DNA from: Phoronis australis
Lineage: Eukaryota; Animalia; Phoronida
Direction of reading: 5' to 3'
Assembly: GCA_002633005.1 (NCBI GenBank)
Contig: NMRA01000070.1
Location: forward strand, 876,369 to 940,368
Length of the DNA: 64,000 nucleotides
Under the pieces are notes generated by a model. The model saw nothing but the letters and a program-made list of their open reading frames with translations. It was not told the origin of the DNA and made no database searches. Shown here piece by piece: positions 61,885-64,000 of the stretch (position 1 is its first letter; each line of letters opens with the position of its first letter). A program made the translations under genes and the position numbers.

Positions 61885-62714
61885 GTAAGTTTTTGCGAAG
61901 AACAAGTTCCCATGTACATCCTGTGCTCAATTGTATTATAAAATCAACAGTCTCAGCTGTGTTTTGCATGTCTTGTTAGATTCATGCAATCTCTTCACTC
62001 TGCATGCTTGAGCGCACTGATTGGTGCATTCGTAAATGAACTACGACAAAACCTAAAAATGTCGTAACAGATCTTTGCTTGCGTGTTGCTTCAGTGGCAG
62101 TTCAACAGCTCATGCAGAAAACTGACAGTGACTAAAAATATGCAGACCACACGTTTTTCAACTTGCAAAACAGTTTACTCTACTCATAACACCTTTGAGA
62201 ACTACGTATTGAGTAGTCTTGTCACTAGGATACAAGCAACAACATTTTACTCATGTAGTACCTTCTTAATCTGTTATCACGATATTTTTCTTGCCAGCTG
62301 CAAGATTGGCTTTACTTTCCATTCATGAGCTGGATTCTGTTTAGTAAGGATCTCTGTACTGATTTTTCGGTAGTCTCGTTGAGTTCCTGCCATGATAACC
62401 CCGCCATTCACATTTACCAGATGTAGCAGTGAACTTCCTGTCAAATCTGGGTGTGTCTCATATATGATTTAGATTATTTTTACTCACTTGGCCTAAAATG
62501 CGCAGTTGTTAAAGTTGAACTTCATACGAAAGTCTCATTCCTCATTTTGTTTTTACTGAATTTTGTCTCTAAATCAGTAATCACAAAGTATTCGGTTCTC
62601 CTTCGACAGCGGCATTTTAACATATTTTTATTACTGTGTATCCTGATTTCAAATTTTACAAAATGGAACAAAATATTCTACATATGTAGAATCATCACCA
62701 GTGGCATGGGCTGC

Positions 62715-62874
62715 CAGGGGCGGATCCAGGATTTGGAGTAAGGGGATTGGCGCAGGGGAGTGTATTAGCCAGGATTTTGCTTGTCTGACATTCGCACCCA
62801 CGAACTTCTAAATGGAATCTGGGAGAATTTTAGGAGGAGCATATCCCTCTTGCTCCCTTCTAAATCCGCCATTG
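62715..62874. mobile_element. Short MITE with CAGGGGCGGAT-type TIRs (hAT-like)
   Basis: caggggcggatccag ... ctaaatccgccattg ends; lies in the intron after the LRR exon. Confidence 0.5.
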
Positions 62875-63620
62875 GTTATTGCGCCACCCTGAAAAGAAAG
62901 CTGCGCTCGTCCTGTTTAGCTGGCTAAAAAGGTCATAAAATCTGTCGCAAAATAATCTTTACCGTGATACGTTTCTATTTCGTTAGCTGCAATGACATAC
63001 GGTAGAAACAATCCACGATTCAAAGAAACGCTCCAAATTGCTTTGTGACTGACCATTCTTAAACGTGCGCATTGATAGTGGTGCAGATAGGCATTAACTG
63101 TGACTTGAGTTTGTAACGGAGCTAGAATCCTATCATGGTATGGAGCAATTTTAACTGTTAATGCTACAGGCTTCAATTTCGCTTAATTCTACTAATTCGC
63201 TGTATGCCAATACTGGCAATCGGCGATTTCTAATAAAATGAACACGAACGTTTTTTTCTGTTTTATCACTCTAAGCAAAACTAATAACTTAAGGAACTCC
63301 ATGCTCTCCAACAATATTTCCCAAAATAAATTTCACGGCCCTGAAGTTGAATGTGTCCCTCCAAAACGCGCAAACCAACTCCATCCTACCAATCCCAAGC
63401 ATTTGCAATTACACGTGAATCACTTGAACAAAACATTTATTACAACACAAAATTTCAGGTAGAGGCGTGTGAAGCTGCATACAAGCATAAAAAGCTGTAG
63501 TTGGCTGCAGATTCCGTTAACAATAGCTTTCATGTATACATGTAGTGCACATGCATATCATATTGAAATGGGAAATCGGTAGTCGAAATTAAAAACATTT
63601 GAGATCGACGGCGTTTTGAA

Positions 63621-63623
<3 letters not shown>

Positions 63624-63665
<42 letters not shown>

Positions 63666-63679
63666 ACAAACACACACAC
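63624..63679. repeat. (CA)n microsatellite
   Basis: Direct CA run with two AA interruptions. Confidence 0.95.
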
Positions 63680-64000
63680 GTGTACGACGTCATAAATTTT
63701 GTAGCGCGACATTTGACTAATGCCCATTTTTAGTTCGTCTGTTCAGCTTATTTTTCCAAACAAACTGATATCCAGTTAAATTTAATTTCAACTGTATTCA
63801 AATTCCAGTTCCGTAGCCACTGCGAAATGCGAAACTTAATCGAACTCATAAATTCCGACGACCCTCACCTACACCACTTTGAGGGCCGTTGACCAATTCA
63901 TAACCATTTGATAACGGGAACTGTACAATTAATTATGTTAGTGTAAACAAATGAGTCAACAATGAACACTCCAAGTGTTCAGGGTTGAAACAGGAACACG

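Overview
AT-rich, intron-containing animal genomic DNA, probably a marine invertebrate. That assignment is inferred from GT-AG spliced genes, HINE/Helentron-like and Kolobok-like non-autonomous elements and heavy TACATGTA use; the species cannot be determined. Genes reconstructed by hand from splice signals and phase continuity: (1) NDUFAF3 on the minus strand (4 exons, 4442-10857; 5' exon unresolved); (2) a 7-exon plus-strand gene (16188-23488, 341 aa, uncharacterised, ciliary/testis-like motifs); (3) three basic Ser/Lys/Arg-rich minus-strand ORFs with intronless coding regions (21000-21899, nested in intron 5 of gene 2; 28685-29083; 31506-31949) sharing a motif I do not recognise, FS-x5-[ND]-A-x2-LG[FL]-x2-S-x2-YP...L[SR]SQxTK; (4) a large minus-strand gene (42023-49863) with an N-terminal TM segment and two AKAP-like amphipathic helices, split by a probable 342-bp assembly duplication; (5) a signal-peptide LRR gene (60075-61884, continuing downstream). 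The rest is non-autonomous fold-back/MITE/HINE elements, a decayed L1/Tx1 fragment, a tRNA-derived repeat, mini/microsatellites and one N gap. The best candidates for an undescribed system are the three-gene motif family and the putative membrane-anchored AKAP, possibly a cAMP/PKA-linked sperm/cilium locus (inference). No database searches were run; all homology statements are from recall.
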